Positions 1-10,110 are shown, numbered from the stretch's first letter. The stretch: DNA of 64,000 bases from a bacterium (GCA_963662285.2 CAXXMV010000002.1:1-64000); one strand, 5' to 3'. Program-made: numbers and translations. Notes: generated by a model from the letters alone, not told the origin.

Positions 1-513
1 GTTGTAAACTCTTATCACTCTCGTCTCCGATTTTCGGGTACTGGCTTCTTGTTCGGTATTCACAAGTCCGTTTACAATAGAAACCGCTTGAAAAACCAGT
101 TCATTAGTAACATCAGCTGCCATTGTAGCATCTTCAAGTTGCACGGAAAAAACATACATCGCCGATGCGTCATCATTATTAATGCGCACCCGGTTTTCTA
201 AATCCTTGGGATATTTAAGATTATAGGGAGATTCATCCAAATCGAATTTATCAATGATATCTTTATATACACCGGGGTGAAAGAAGATGTCATCATAGGT
301 TTTAATCGGAATGGCGGGCTTCTCCATAATCCGTTCACCGATTTTCGATGCATTGAGAACCAGGTACGCTTCAGATTCGTAGCGGTTGTGTATAGTTAAA
401 GATGCAAGGGCGCCCAGGAACATACAGATCATGGTGAAAATCATAATCCTTTTACCGCGTCCCCAAATAACAGTAATAATCGAAGAGAGATTTATTTCTT
501 TTTCATCAATCAT
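1..513 (-). CDS. Wzz/GumC-family polysaccharide chain-length determinant, N-terminal part (continues beyond window start)
   Basis: Manual translation from ATG at 513: MIDEKEINLSSIITVIWGRGKRIMIFTMICMFLGALASLTIHNRYESEAYLVL. This matches the Wzz N-terminal pattern (EIxL..I..IW, TM helix, Y.S.A.L). The frame is open to position 1 and is not in the supplied ORF track. Confidence 0.7.
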   Translation of the reverse strand, partial: MIDEKEINLSSIITVIWGRGKRIMIFTMICMFLGALASLTIHNRYESEAYLVLNASKIGERIMEKPAIPIKTYDDIFFHPGVYKDIIDKFDLDESPYNLKYPKDLENRVRINNDDASAMYVFSVQLEDATMAADVTNELVFQAVSIVNGLVNTEQEASTRKSETRVIRVYN

Positions 514-734
514 TATTTTATTCCAATTCTATAGATATATTGCTTATTTAAAATATTAGAGCTTTGAAAAAACCTGAAGTTTTAATCAGAAAACACGCCC
601 GACAACCGCTTATGCAAAAACATAGCAACATGATAAACAATAACGGATTCTTTGATAATTGACTACATAAACCACAATACACATGTCAAAAAAAGAATAA
701 ACCCCGATGATACCATAAGAAACAAGTTATTGTT

Positions 735-1889
735 TTATAATTGCTTGCTGTCCAGGGATGAATCGGAATGATATGTTAAATGTTCTTCATAAAGTTTCAG
801 TTGATATTTATTTTTTAACTCCTCAAGCCATTCCTCCAATTTTACCTTAATTACCATGTTAGGAAGCATATTTTGAACAGTTGGAGAATCGAAGGCAGAG
901 ACAAAAGAGGAAGATTTATTCAACAAAATGAAAAAACCATAGGCGGATTCAGTTACTTCAACAACATCAGATAATTCCGCCGGTTTATTTATTTTCACCA
1001 ATTCATCCTGAAAAGCCTTGGTATAAGCGCTCCAGGCTGGGTCGCGGTGATAGAGAATTGCATAACCATAGTTATACTTGCCGCTATAATCATCCGAATA
1101 TGTTCGGGCGCATTCCTGAAGCACTTTGCGCTTATCGACCAGCGTATCCAAAGTTTCGACTTTTTTCTTTACATCAGCATATAATTTATTTGCAAATTGT
1201 TTGGCTTCTTCAGGTGATCGCTCATACTCTGATCCGGACTTGATAATTACCCAATTAACCTTAGAACATGCGGGAGGCGAAAATTGTTCTTGCAGATGAT
1301 CCTGGTAATACTCTTTCATTATTTCAGGAGTAAGTGAATCAGCAATTTTTTGTTTTTCATCTTCAACGCATAGCCTTCCAAGTTGAATATTTGACAATGC
1401 CTCAATGAGATCATTTTCCGTTTGTCCGGCATTCTGCAAGGCACTAAAGTATTCTTCTTCAGAATCATATTTACTGCGGGCGCCCCGAATCATATTTTCT
1501 TGCTGGGCTTCCGTCAGGCTTAATTTTCTTGCTTGAGCTTCTTGTATCAAAAGATAATTATCCACCAGAGTCTTAATGATGGTTTTTCGTTTATTTAACA
1601 GCAAATCTCTGATATGTGCATCATCAGAAGCATTTACAATTAATTGATCTTTTTGCGGACCAAGGATTTTATCTATGTCGGAAAGAAGCAGTTTTCCGCC
1701 ATTCCATTCAGCGACCAAAGGATCAAACTCCTCCAGCGGCGTCGCTTGGCTTATCTGAGGCAAGGGAGTAGGCGCACTACTGACATCCAAAAGTTTTTCA
1801 GATGAACCACCACTGAAATAAAACAAACAAGCAATCAATAAACAACCCAAAATAAACAACCACAAATATTTCATTAAATAAACCCCCAC
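735..1889 (-). CDS. SurA/PrsA-like membrane-anchored chaperone with parvulin PPIase domain
   Basis: N-terminal TM; SurA_N-like segment (VAEWNGGKLLLSDI...LVDNYLLIQEAQARKL); parvulin-like segment (ARTYSDDYSGKYNYG...ELSDVVEVTESAYGFFIL). Start is probably the MKYLW ATG a few codons in. Confidence 0.75.
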   Translation of the reverse strand: MGVYLMKYLWLFILGCLLIACLFYFSGGSSEKLLDVSSAPTPLPQISQATPLEEFDPLVAEWNGGKLLLSDIDKILGPQKDQLIVNASDDAHIRDLLLNKRKTIIKTLVDNYLLIQEAQARKLSLTEAQQENMIRGARSKYDSEEEYFSALQNAGQTENDLIEALSNIQLGRLCVEDEKQKIADSLTPEIMKEYYQDHLQEQFSPPACSKVNWVIIKSGSEYERSPEEAKQFANKLYADVKKKVETLDTLVDKRKVLQECARTYSDDYSGKYNYGYAILYHRDPAWSAYTKAFQDELVKINKPAELSDVVEVTESAYGFFILLNKSSSFVSAFDSPTVQNMLPNMVIKVKLEEWLEELKNKYQLKLYEEHLTYHSDSSLDSKQL

Positions 1890-1910
1890 TAAGAATTAAC
1901 TAACATTATA

Positions 1911-2825
1911 TTATTTGGATTCTGGCTGAAGCCGATCACTCTGACCAACCTGGTTTTCTTTACTAAAAGCTTCATCAAAATTGGGCATAGGTCGATCCGG
2001 GAAGAAAGTTTGCCAATATTTTTTATAATTTTCCTTTTGTTGCTCAGTATAAGGAAAAGAACCTTTATACTGTTCTCCTTCTTTCGCGAATTTGTTGCCG
2101 TAGCGATTCATGTAATCCTGAAGACCTTGCTGTTTTTGCTCGCTAGATACCCGCTTAGGCATAGGAGTCCCGAAAGGAGGCTTATACATCTCGCTATACT
2201 TTGAAAATTTATCGCCATATCGACGCATATAATATTCATAAGCCTTATCCTGTTCATCTTTGGTAAGGGGTCTCATTTGTTGTTGCACTTCCTGGAAAAA
2301 GTTTGGTTCTTCTGCGCGGCGCAAAGTAAATTTTTCATCTCTTAATTCCAAAGTACAGGCTTCATCTGATAATTGAGAAACCTTGATGCCATACTCGAGT
2401 TCTTTGCCCTCAAAAACAATCAGCAGTTCGTTATCTCTGGTTTTTCTGATATTGCCTTTTTTCGAAGCGCCGATCTGTGAGTAATCAACATAAACCCAAT
2501 CATTTATCAACGAAAGAAGACGAGTAATATCCGGTTTCAATTGGTTCTTACCCGCTGAGGCGTCGCCTAATGCAGGATTATTATTCTTTGATTTTTTTTC
2601 ACTTACATCCGGAGAAGGAGATTGAATGAATTTTTCCGGTTCAGGGAAAAATTCAAGAATATGTTCTGCCGCAGGATCGCTCTGCAACACTGGAAGCGGG
2701 CGTGGCGCCTCATCTAACCGCGTGACGGTGATCTCCGGCTTTTGCGACTGCGGCGCCTGCATCATCGCAAAAAGCACAATGCCTACAACAAATAAACACG
2801 TAAAAAGCAATAAGAAAATGCGCAT
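1911..2825 (-). CDS. Membrane-anchored hypothetical protein with GspC/PilP HR-like domain and C-terminal Tyr/Gln/Lys-rich repeats
   Basis: N-terminal TM, Pro-rich linker, beta-rich segment (GNIRKTRDNELLIVFEGKELEYGIKVSQLSDEACTLELRDEKFTL), then 2-3 repeats containing YMxRYGxKF. Confidence 0.5.
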   Translation of the reverse strand: MRIFLLLFTCLFVVGIVLFAMMQAPQSQKPEITVTRLDEAPRPLPVLQSDPAAEHILEFFPEPEKFIQSPSPDVSEKKSKNNNPALGDASAGKNQLKPDITRLLSLINDWVYVDYSQIGASKKGNIRKTRDNELLIVFEGKELEYGIKVSQLSDEACTLELRDEKFTLRRAEEPNFFQEVQQQMRPLTKDEQDKAYEYYMRRYGDKFSKYSEMYKPPFGTPMPKRVSSEQKQQGLQDYMNRYGNKFAKEGEQYKGSFPYTEQQKENYKKYWQTFFPDRPMPNFDEAFSKENQVGQSDRLQPESK

Positions 2826-2989
2826 CGAATTATCCTAATAGATCGACTCATTAAAAGTTTTCCCGAATCAAATACACTTTGAGACTACATAGTTTACCAC
2901 ACAGTTGATATGAGGGAATAGATAGTTTATCCAGAATCGAAATTGGCATTCATCATCCCCGATTTTCCATTACTAAAACGGCGCCGGGC

Positions 2990-3027
2990 AAAAAAAGTAA
3001 CGGCGCCCTCAATTATGAGGGCGCCGT
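2990..3027 (-). terminator. Intrinsic terminator after the 2163-aa gene
   Basis: 12-bp stem acggcgccctca/tgagggcgccgt (3000-3027) followed on the minus strand by TACTTTTTTT. Confidence 0.8.
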
Positions 3028-3067
3028 GTAATTGTAATTATCTAACTTGCCATAATCCAGCTTATCA

Positions 3068-6000
3068 CTAGAAGCCTTTAGGAAGAATAAAAGAGTCTTT
3101 GTACCGGAAATCGAATGGAATTATTACATCCTCTGTATCTTCCAAGCCGCCAGGAATTTCCGGAATCTGAATAAATCCGTAGTGTATGCCATCCGCAGCG
3201 ATTACAAAGTATGCACGACCCGGGAGAAGAGATGCAACGAATCCTACTCCATCAACATTACCGGTGTCTTGATTTGGATCATAAGGATTTTGTTTTACAA
3301 TCGAACGATTCAATTCATCTTTAACCATAACACTAGGATTAATCGTAAAGATATTGGTTCCTTCCGGCAGCATCATAATTCCACCTAACGGGAAACTGCC
3401 TTGAAGCGTCTGGCTATCCGGGACAATGACATCTGCATCGCCCTGGAAGATGGCTTTAACCGGACCACGTTGTTTAAAGCTGAATCCGGTTGGTCCTGCC
3501 ACTTCATTGTCAGATAAATCCGTAAGGGGATTTTGCTGATCGGTTGGATCAACACTGATAAATTGTGAATCGTTAGTCGTTATTACTTGACGCATATCCA
3601 TACTAACAAGTTTCATCACGCCATCAGCATTGGGCTTAAATTCGAAATCAACAATATCAAAACCAATGGAACTCAAGAAACTGCCTTGGAATGTGGTAAA
3701 TTCAAACACCGGAGGAGCAGAATCTGTGGCATAGTATGGTTCCCTAAAGATAGCCAGGACATTGTATGGTTCCAGAGAATTCTTTTCATTAATATTCAGG
3801 TTGACCATCATGGGATCATCCATACCAATTCTTCTTGGTACGTATGTAGCCAAGCGATTGTTTCTGGTCAATCCAAGGAGATAAATAATATCTTCGTATT
3901 CAGCAGTATCAGAATCAAGAAGTTCATCCTGTTGCCGTCCATAGTTGCGAATTTCATAAAGCTCAACAAACCATCCACGGCCATCTCCAACTTCACGAAT
4001 ACTTATGGTTTGATCAAAAGTGATCCTAGTATCAGATGAAAAGAGGAACCGACCCTCATATGTTCCGCCTATTGCATCCTGTTCGACTTCAGGAACCCTA
4101 TAGAAGACAGTTGGATACCACAGCGAGAGATCAATAATAACTTGAGCAACTATTGTATCGCCTTGATTAACAACCGTGAAGTTATTGGGATTAGCATTCG
4201 AAATAGAATAGTTCTGTACTTCGTAAAGCCCAAAGAATGAATTCAGCGATTTCTGCAATCCTACAACATCCGCGCCCGTTTTATCACTGTAATCGGGCGA
4301 AACATGCGCCATTATCTGACTGGAGTTTTCTACACTGAATCCATCTATAATATCTCGTACGCTATCCACAACGGATTGCAAATTGATTGAGGTTGTCTCG
4401 GTATCGACGATAATGTCGTCATCAAGACCAGGTTGATCAGAGAAAATCAGTTGATCTGTTGGAGCAACGACATTCTCATCATTAGTCAGTATGTGCACCT
4501 TCCCACTGCCTTCAATCAAAATAATCGTGTTATCGGTATTAGGGAACAGTTTAACCTGACGTATAGTACCTGCCGGTATGGGGATATCAGAAGTCAACGA
4601 TTCCAACGTTGTCTTAACCGCCCCGCCGCCAAGAACGGTGATATTTCCATCGCTATCCGTGATAACAACATGAGTTACTGCTCCACCACTGGTTCGCAGG
4701 CTCATATCACGATAGACATCGCCTACCACAATATCACTCCAGCCGGAAATCGCGCTGTTGCCAGCGGAACTAAAAATACCGTTGCCGGTCAAGAAATACA
4801 ATACTTTACCGTTAGGAGCCAGCTCCATATCGCGATACATATCAATGCCCATTGGTTCAGGGCGAAGATCTGTATTGGCTTTACCGAGGAAGAGCATATC
4901 GCCATCACCATCCAGTACATAGATAGCGCCATTAACGAAATCGACTTCCACATCACGGGCGCTTTCGATAGTAATCTGATCTTCAGTCGGATTGCTAATC
5001 AAAACACCGCCGGATAGAGAATTTTTGTAGAAGAAAACTTCATTTTCCGGGAATTTGAAGGAACCATCTGGTTGCATGACTCTAGCAAAGATTGAACCAA
5101 GATCGCCTGAACCAATAACCTGACCATCAACCTGAACCGCTATCTGTCCAGAGAAGGTAGGCGTTACTTCCATATCGATCACGCGGGTAGTAGATTCAAT
5201 GCGATTAAACTTTGGGGTGTCACCCAGACTGAAAATTACGCCATCGTTTTTAAGCTTCACGTAATCGAGAGGATTTTTCAAATTCCCTGTTACGATCGTA
5301 CCGCCGCCATCATTGCCCTCACCTGGACTAACGGCGCTAGTTGCTATTGGACCATCAGCATAGACGTAAATCGGCTGATTAACGCCATCGTTGATTTCGG
5401 CGTAAATGTAGTATTGTTGGGTTGGATCAAAATCTTCAATATCTTCCAACATGTTCAGACTAAAGACCTGATCAAAACCTTCCCTCAATCTTGCGCCGGG
5501 CAGGAACTGACCGTTAAAATCAAGGCTGTCGGTATCGACGAATAGACGGATATCAGCAACGTCATCAGGATCAGCCGCGACGAAAGTAATATCAAATTCA
5601 AAATTCTCATCCGCCAGATTGATGCCTGAGTTGGGAGACATAAACGTGATGCTAGGCGCCACATTTATGCTCTGAACGATAATTTCGCCAGTCGTGATCT
5701 GGTTTTTACTTACATTGCGGTAAGCAGCATAAGTCATACCATAATCTGTTTCCAGGAAGGAAGTATAAGCGATGCCGCCTTCAGGCTTGGAAACCACGGT
5801 CTGATCGCCAGTATCAGGATCAGTAATAACCACAGCCGCATTCCGTTGACCTCCGCGAATTCGAACGCGGAATGTTTCGCCAACGCGGGCTACTGGTGAA
5901 GAACGTAAGACAACATAGAAATCATTGCCCTGCAATGGGCCGAAGTTTTCATCGGGAATCTGCAATTGGAACTGGTAATTCGTATCGTATTCTGCCGTTT

Positions 6001-9000
6001 CCAGGAATTGATTTAAACCCAGAGTTGCATAAGGACTGGTAATATCAATTTCCTGCGGTTCAGGAGGATCAGGATATTCAGGCTCTCCCGGCTGCTCATC
6101 TTCGCCAACATCCGCCGCCGCCGCTTCAGCATCTTCAACTGCAGTAGCATATTCTTCAATAGTTGTTCGAGCTTGCTCATAGGCGCTATTCAGAGTATCC
6201 CTGATGCCGCTTACATAATCGCCTATTGCATTATAATCGGTTAATGAAATATCAAAACCAAACTGATGATATGGCGCCGTTGCTAAACTCTCGCCTTGCG
6301 GATCCTCTGCCTCTGCCCCTTCGACTTCGCTTACCTGGACCACCATTGGCGTCCATCCTACCCGGACAAAACCACGCATCGGATGAGGAATGCGAAGACC
6401 GCCATTCATGGAGAGCGCAAATGTACGGCGAACATCACCATCAGGATCACGAACCATCCTGATGCTGTCTTCACTGTCAGGGGTAAACGCAATCAACCAG
6501 ATTATATCTCCTGTATCCGCTGTTTCGATAAAGAGATCATCAGGATAATAGGGAAACGCTTCGAAATCGCCTCCGCCAGAGCGGAATGCGGCAATCAAAT
6601 CCAGCAATCCTGTACGCGGTTCCAACCAGCGAGTCATGCCCTGATTGTATGTTGAACCAGAGAATCCTCTAGGGAATATATCTGATCGAAAAGCCTGGTA
6701 TTGGCCTATATTCAATACTCTCATATCCAATTCTGCAAAGTAACTGCCTTCGCTTAAATTGAGCGGTAATACGCCGCCATCAACTAATGTAAGTGGATTA
6801 TCAGCCGGCTGGATTGCGTCGATGTATTCCTGATATTTTTCCTGGCTGTTTGGCGGGAAAACGTATGCATTCGCCCCAGTGCCGCCGAATCGATCACGGT
6901 CTGTGGGAAAATAATGGTCCATCGCGTCAAATACGCCATTGATACCAGCAGGAGTCATATCACCCAAATCTTCATCAATAAGACCATCGCCGTCATCATC
7001 CTGGAGGTTATGCCATTCTTCATCAACCAGACCATCTCCATCATCATCTCTATTATTTCCGCTTGAAGTATCGTCATCATAATATAGGGCAATGGAATGA
7101 TTAGATACAACACGGGAAAATTCAACACCAATGCCTAGCTGGGCAGGAATGGCGTTGAAAAGCAGTGGATTAAATATAACGCTCTGCGTTCCAGGCAGGA
7201 AATCGATCTGGACTTCGCCAAACACAGTACTCTCTGTAAAGAAGGTATCGAAAACATTAAACTCTATTGATTCGTGGTTATTTACTAAAAGTGGATTCTG
7301 TCCGAAATCTTGCGCATCAATACCGATCACTGCCTTTGGAGGCGAGCTTTGAGAACTATCCAACAGAATATTGTTGTTTCCGGCGAATTCGCCCTCTCCT
7401 GGTTGAGTCAGGTCCTGATAACTAAAACGGGGACGGGGGCGTCCGATCAGGGTATAAGTCATGCCAGTGTTGGGACGTCCATACCCGATGCTCGAAACCG
7501 AGCGGAGAGATTCAACATTATCCAGTTCGTTATTAGTAAAGCCTTCAACGTTTGTACCAACCTTAATGTCATTGGGCTGGATAAAAGGAATAAAGGAATC
7601 GAGACTTCGCAGGTTATCGCTTGTGCGAACAGCGAGATATATTTCAGGACCGACATTATTACCGGTTCGCGTACCTGGAGTCAGCAAGTCGCTCATGGCA
7701 TTGTTTTTGCCGACAGGCAAAACATAAGTGAATCCTTGCAGAAGATTATAATTGAAGAGATCCTCTGAGTTTGTTCTTCCATTGCCTTCAGTATATTCAA
7801 AAAGGTAACGAATCTGACCTTCGGTTAATCCGAGATAAGGCCGCAGAACATTAACCAGCAGATCGAAGAAATAGCAGTCGGGATCTTCGGTGCATTCCAG
7901 TGATCCATAAGGAGGACGAGGTTCTTCCGCGGCTTCTGGTATTTCACCAATACCCATTAGCAGCGCGGCGAGGTTATCATCGCCAAACAACATGGGGATA
8001 ACTGTTTTACCACTATCACCACCAACCGCTGCAGGAAGCATACGGCGCATCAGCTGATAGAAAGGAGAATTTGGATCAGAAGCAGATTCAGGACTGATTT
8101 CAAAGTTTTCGATGCTATATCCATCAGAATCAAGACCGATTAAATGGTCAACGCCTTCATCATACTTTCCACGAACGCCGCCTAATTCACGATAGAGGAA
8201 CATTCCCCCCGCAGAATCAGTGCGAAGCGCTTTAAAAATATCCTGAGAAACAACCCGAGGAGTTAAACCATAAGCGCCCGGTTCTCTTGGGCCGTAAGGC
8301 ACATAACTGGTTACGTGGTTATTATAATCATCACCGCCAATTATGAATGTCCGCATAGGGAAACCATACATATCAAGCGGCATAGTCATTGGCATTATTG
8401 TTTCTCCATCACCTGGAGCAACAGTAGCCAAAATTTCACCGGTTTCCATGTTGATTGGGGTATTGTAGAACCAGGGGCTATAGAAATAGGTTGGTTGAGT
8501 CATAAAAAATACCTGTTCCATTAACCCCGACGGCATAGCTGCCTGATAACCCGCCGATCCTGTGAGATAAAATGATTGTGAAAGGTTAGCGATCAGCCGT
8601 GCGACAGCGCCAAGATTGATGCCAAGCCAGTTGATGCGAATTTCTTCGATAAAATAACCCTGATCCTGACGGCCAACCATATCTATACCCAGAACAGTTG
8701 TTGCTTCTGAACTGGCATCAATGCGATTGTTATTTTCAACTTCAGTAATCAGGTTGGCTATTTGAACAATATCACCTTCGAAGATGGAGGGGACTGTAAA
8801 CTCAGGAGTTAAATCAGCAAAAGCATCGCCAGGGAAACGATCCGGGTAAATTGTATCGCTCACTAAGGTTTGGCGAATATCTTTGATGCGAATGCCATTT
8901 GCGGGAATATAAGTTTCAAAGCGGTCGCCGTGCATCAAATTAAGACTGGTGCGGGCGACTACGTAGAAGTCAGCAAATTGATCCTTAAAGAATGGCAATT

Positions 9001-9532
9001 GCACATTGGGACTGCCAGGTAAAGGTCGAAAAGTTATGGTATAACGACCTGGAACAACCGGATCGGCTTCAACAATAGGTTTTTCCAGAAGATCAATGGG
9101 CAAATCTTTGCTTTGATCCTCAACAGAATAATTAAATCCACGTTGTGATTCGCTTTCCTTAAAAAGCGACAAACCGCTATTGATAGCGGAAGTGGATAGA
9201 TCGAGGAAATCTTCTTCGATATCCAAGCCGATACGGCCTTCTGTTTTATCTTCGATCACAACCGTTAACTCAGCCAATTCCTGTAAACGAAAAACTGGCA
9301 TCTTGTTGGGTTCGTTAAACGGAAAGACAGAGATAGGAATGCTTAACAACGCCGTGCGATTGGAAAGAGGAGGAATTCCTGCGGGGATCACTTCCACTTC
9401 TTCACCGACCACGTCTCCACCATCTTGCGCCCAAACCGGCATCGTATCCGGTAAGAACATAAGTACGCCGAGAGCGACAAAGGCCATATTCAGCATAAAC
9501 ATCGGAAATCTTCTATTCATGTTACTCCTCAT
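3068..9532 (-). CDS. Very large acidic secreted/surface protein (about 2150 aa) with repeated domain, Ca-binding DxDGDG motifs, propeller-like and NTF2-like regions
   Basis: Long uninterrupted ORF with a signal peptide (RRFPMFMLNMAFVALGVLMFLPDTMPVWA-Q). SD-like motifs favour ATG 9532 or 9520 over GTG 9559. Two DDDGDGL(V/I)DE motifs. Confidence 0.75.
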   Translation of the reverse strand: MRSNMNRRFPMFMLNMAFVALGVLMFLPDTMPVWAQDGGDVVGEEVEVIPAGIPPLSNRTALLSIPISVFPFNEPNKMPVFRLQELAELTVVIEDKTEGRIGLDIEEDFLDLSTSAINSGLSLFKESESQRGFNYSVEDQSKDLPIDLLEKPIVEADPVVPGRYTITFRPLPGSPNVQLPFFKDQFADFYVVARTSLNLMHGDRFETYIPANGIRIKDIRQTLVSDTIYPDRFPGDAFADLTPEFTVPSIFEGDIVQIANLITEVENNNRIDASSEATTVLGIDMVGRQDQGYFIEEIRINWLGINLGAVARLIANLSQSFYLTGSAGYQAAMPSGLMEQVFFMTQPTYFYSPWFYNTPINMETGEILATVAPGDGETIMPMTMPLDMYGFPMRTFIIGGDDYNNHVTSYVPYGPREPGAYGLTPRVVSQDIFKALRTDSAGGMFLYRELGGVRGKYDEGVDHLIGLDSDGYSIENFEISPESASDPNSPFYQLMRRMLPAAVGGDSGKTVIPMLFGDDNLAALLMGIGEIPEAAEEPRPPYGSLECTEDPDCYFFDLLVNVLRPYLGLTEGQIRYLFEYTEGNGRTNSEDLFNYNLLQGFTYVLPVGKNNAMSDLLTPGTRTGNNVGPEIYLAVRTSDNLRSLDSFIPFIQPNDIKVGTNVEGFTNNELDNVESLRSVSSIGYGRPNTGMTYTLIGRPRPRFSYQDLTQPGEGEFAGNNNILLDSSQSSPPKAVIGIDAQDFGQNPLLVNNHESIEFNVFDTFFTESTVFGEVQIDFLPGTQSVIFNPLLFNAIPAQLGIGVEFSRVVSNHSIALYYDDDTSSGNNRDDDGDGLVDEEWHNLQDDDGDGLIDEDLGDMTPAGINGVFDAMDHYFPTDRDRFGGTGANAYVFPPNSQEKYQEYIDAIQPADNPLTLVDGGVLPLNLSEGSYFAELDMRVLNIGQYQAFRSDIFPRGFSGSTYNQGMTRWLEPRTGLLDLIAAFRSGGGDFEAFPYYPDDLFIETADTGDIIWLIAFTPDSEDSIRMVRDPDGDVRRTFALSMNGGLRIPHPMRGFVRVGWTPMVVQVSEVEGAEAEDPQGESLATAPYHQFGFDISLTDYNAIGDYVSGIRDTLNSAYEQARTTIEEYATAVEDAEAAAADVGEDEQPGEPEYPDPPEPQEIDITSPYATLGLNQFLETAEYDTNYQFQLQIPDENFGPLQGNDFYVVLRSSPVARVGETFRVRIRGGQRNAAVVITDPDTGDQTVVSKPEGGIAYTSFLETDYGMTYAAYRNVSKNQITTGEIIVQSINVAPSITFMSPNSGINLADENFEFDITFVAADPDDVADIRLFVDTDSLDFNGQFLPGARLREGFDQVFSLNMLEDIEDFDPTQQYYIYAEINDGVNQPIYVYADGPIATSAVSPGEGNDGGGTIVTGNLKNPLDYVKLKNDGVIFSLGDTPKFNRIESTTRVIDMEVTPTFSGQIAVQVDGQVIGSGDLGSIFARVMQPDGSFKFPENEVFFYKNSLSGGVLISNPTEDQITIESARDVEVDFVNGAIYVLDGDGDMLFLGKANTDLRPEPMGIDMYRDMELAPNGKVLYFLTGNGIFSSAGNSAISGWSDIVVGDVYRDMSLRTSGGAVTHVVITDSDGNITVLGGGAVKTTLESLTSDIPIPAGTIRQVKLFPNTDNTIILIEGSGKVHILTNDENVVAPTDQLIFSDQPGLDDDIIVDTETTSINLQSVVDSVRDIIDGFSVENSSQIMAHVSPDYSDKTGADVVGLQKSLNSFFGLYEVQNYSISNANPNNFTVVNQGDTIVAQVIIDLSLWYPTVFYRVPEVEQDAIGGTYEGRFLFSSDTRITFDQTISIREVGDGRGWFVELYEIRNYGRQQDELLDSDTAEYEDIIYLLGLTRNNRLATYVPRRIGMDDPMMVNLNINEKNSLEPYNVLAIFREPYYATDSAPPVFEFTTFQGSFLSSIGFDIVDFEFKPNADGVMKLVSMDMRQVITTNDSQFISVDPTDQQNPLTDLSDNEVAGPTGFSFKQRGPVKAIFQGDADVIVPDSQTLQGSFPLGGIMMLPEGTNIFTINPSVMVKDELNRSIVKQNPYDPNQDTGNVDGVGFVASLLPGRAYFVIAADGIHYGFIQIPEIPGGLEDTEDVIIPFDFRYKDSFILPKGF

Positions 9533-9783
9533 TGGACAGTACTCTCCCTTTTGGGACACGAAATTCTATTGTTGACGCTTGATCATACCGCCTCCTCTGA
9601 AAAAAAAGGAGACCTCCATCATTCCGTGCATCTCTATTGGGCATAAAAACCCATAGGTCTTGAACAGACCACTTAAACCAAATCAAATGATGCTCTTAAT
9701 TAACAAGGATTCACAAAATAATAAAAAAAACATAAATTGTTATTACCTTGCCTAAGACGTTACCTGCAGTTCGACTGACCGTA

Positions 9784-9813
9784 AATATATAATGGTTAAA
9801 AGAAAAGTGTCAA
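9784..9813 (-). promoter_or_regulatory. Sigma70-like promoter for the giant protein gene
   Basis: TTGACA (9813-9808) N18 TATATT on the minus strand in an AT-rich divergent spacer. Confidence 0.45.
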
Positions 9814-10110
9814 GTTGTATATCCTTTGAAATGACCCATCATCATGATAAGAGATGTAATGATTTGAGGTTCATGACATAAGATGCGCTTATAATTCATG
9901 CACCTATTCTATCAAAAAATTGATTAACTTTTTCCAATCATTAAATTTTGAATATCTTAATTATCTACAGAACGAATGATAAGATACAAAACCCTCTAAC
10001 ATTCCTAACCAACATAATTTATATTATTATAGTGTAATTAAACACAACCAAGGTACAATAAAATCAGGAGGTTGGTTTTATATAAAAAGAACTTTTCTCC
10101 AAATTTTATC

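Noticed and set aside
2977-3007. Direct repeat aacggcgcc as a possible antiterminator
   Set aside because: On the transcribed strand the extra copy lies downstream of the U-tract, so it cannot pre-empt the terminator; better explained by general GGCGCC enrichment.
3182-9575. Multiple plus-strand ORFs (68-194 aa) inside the giant gene, and similar shadow ORFs across housekeeping genes
   Set aside because: Antisense or alternative-frame by-products of codon bias with no recognisable domains.
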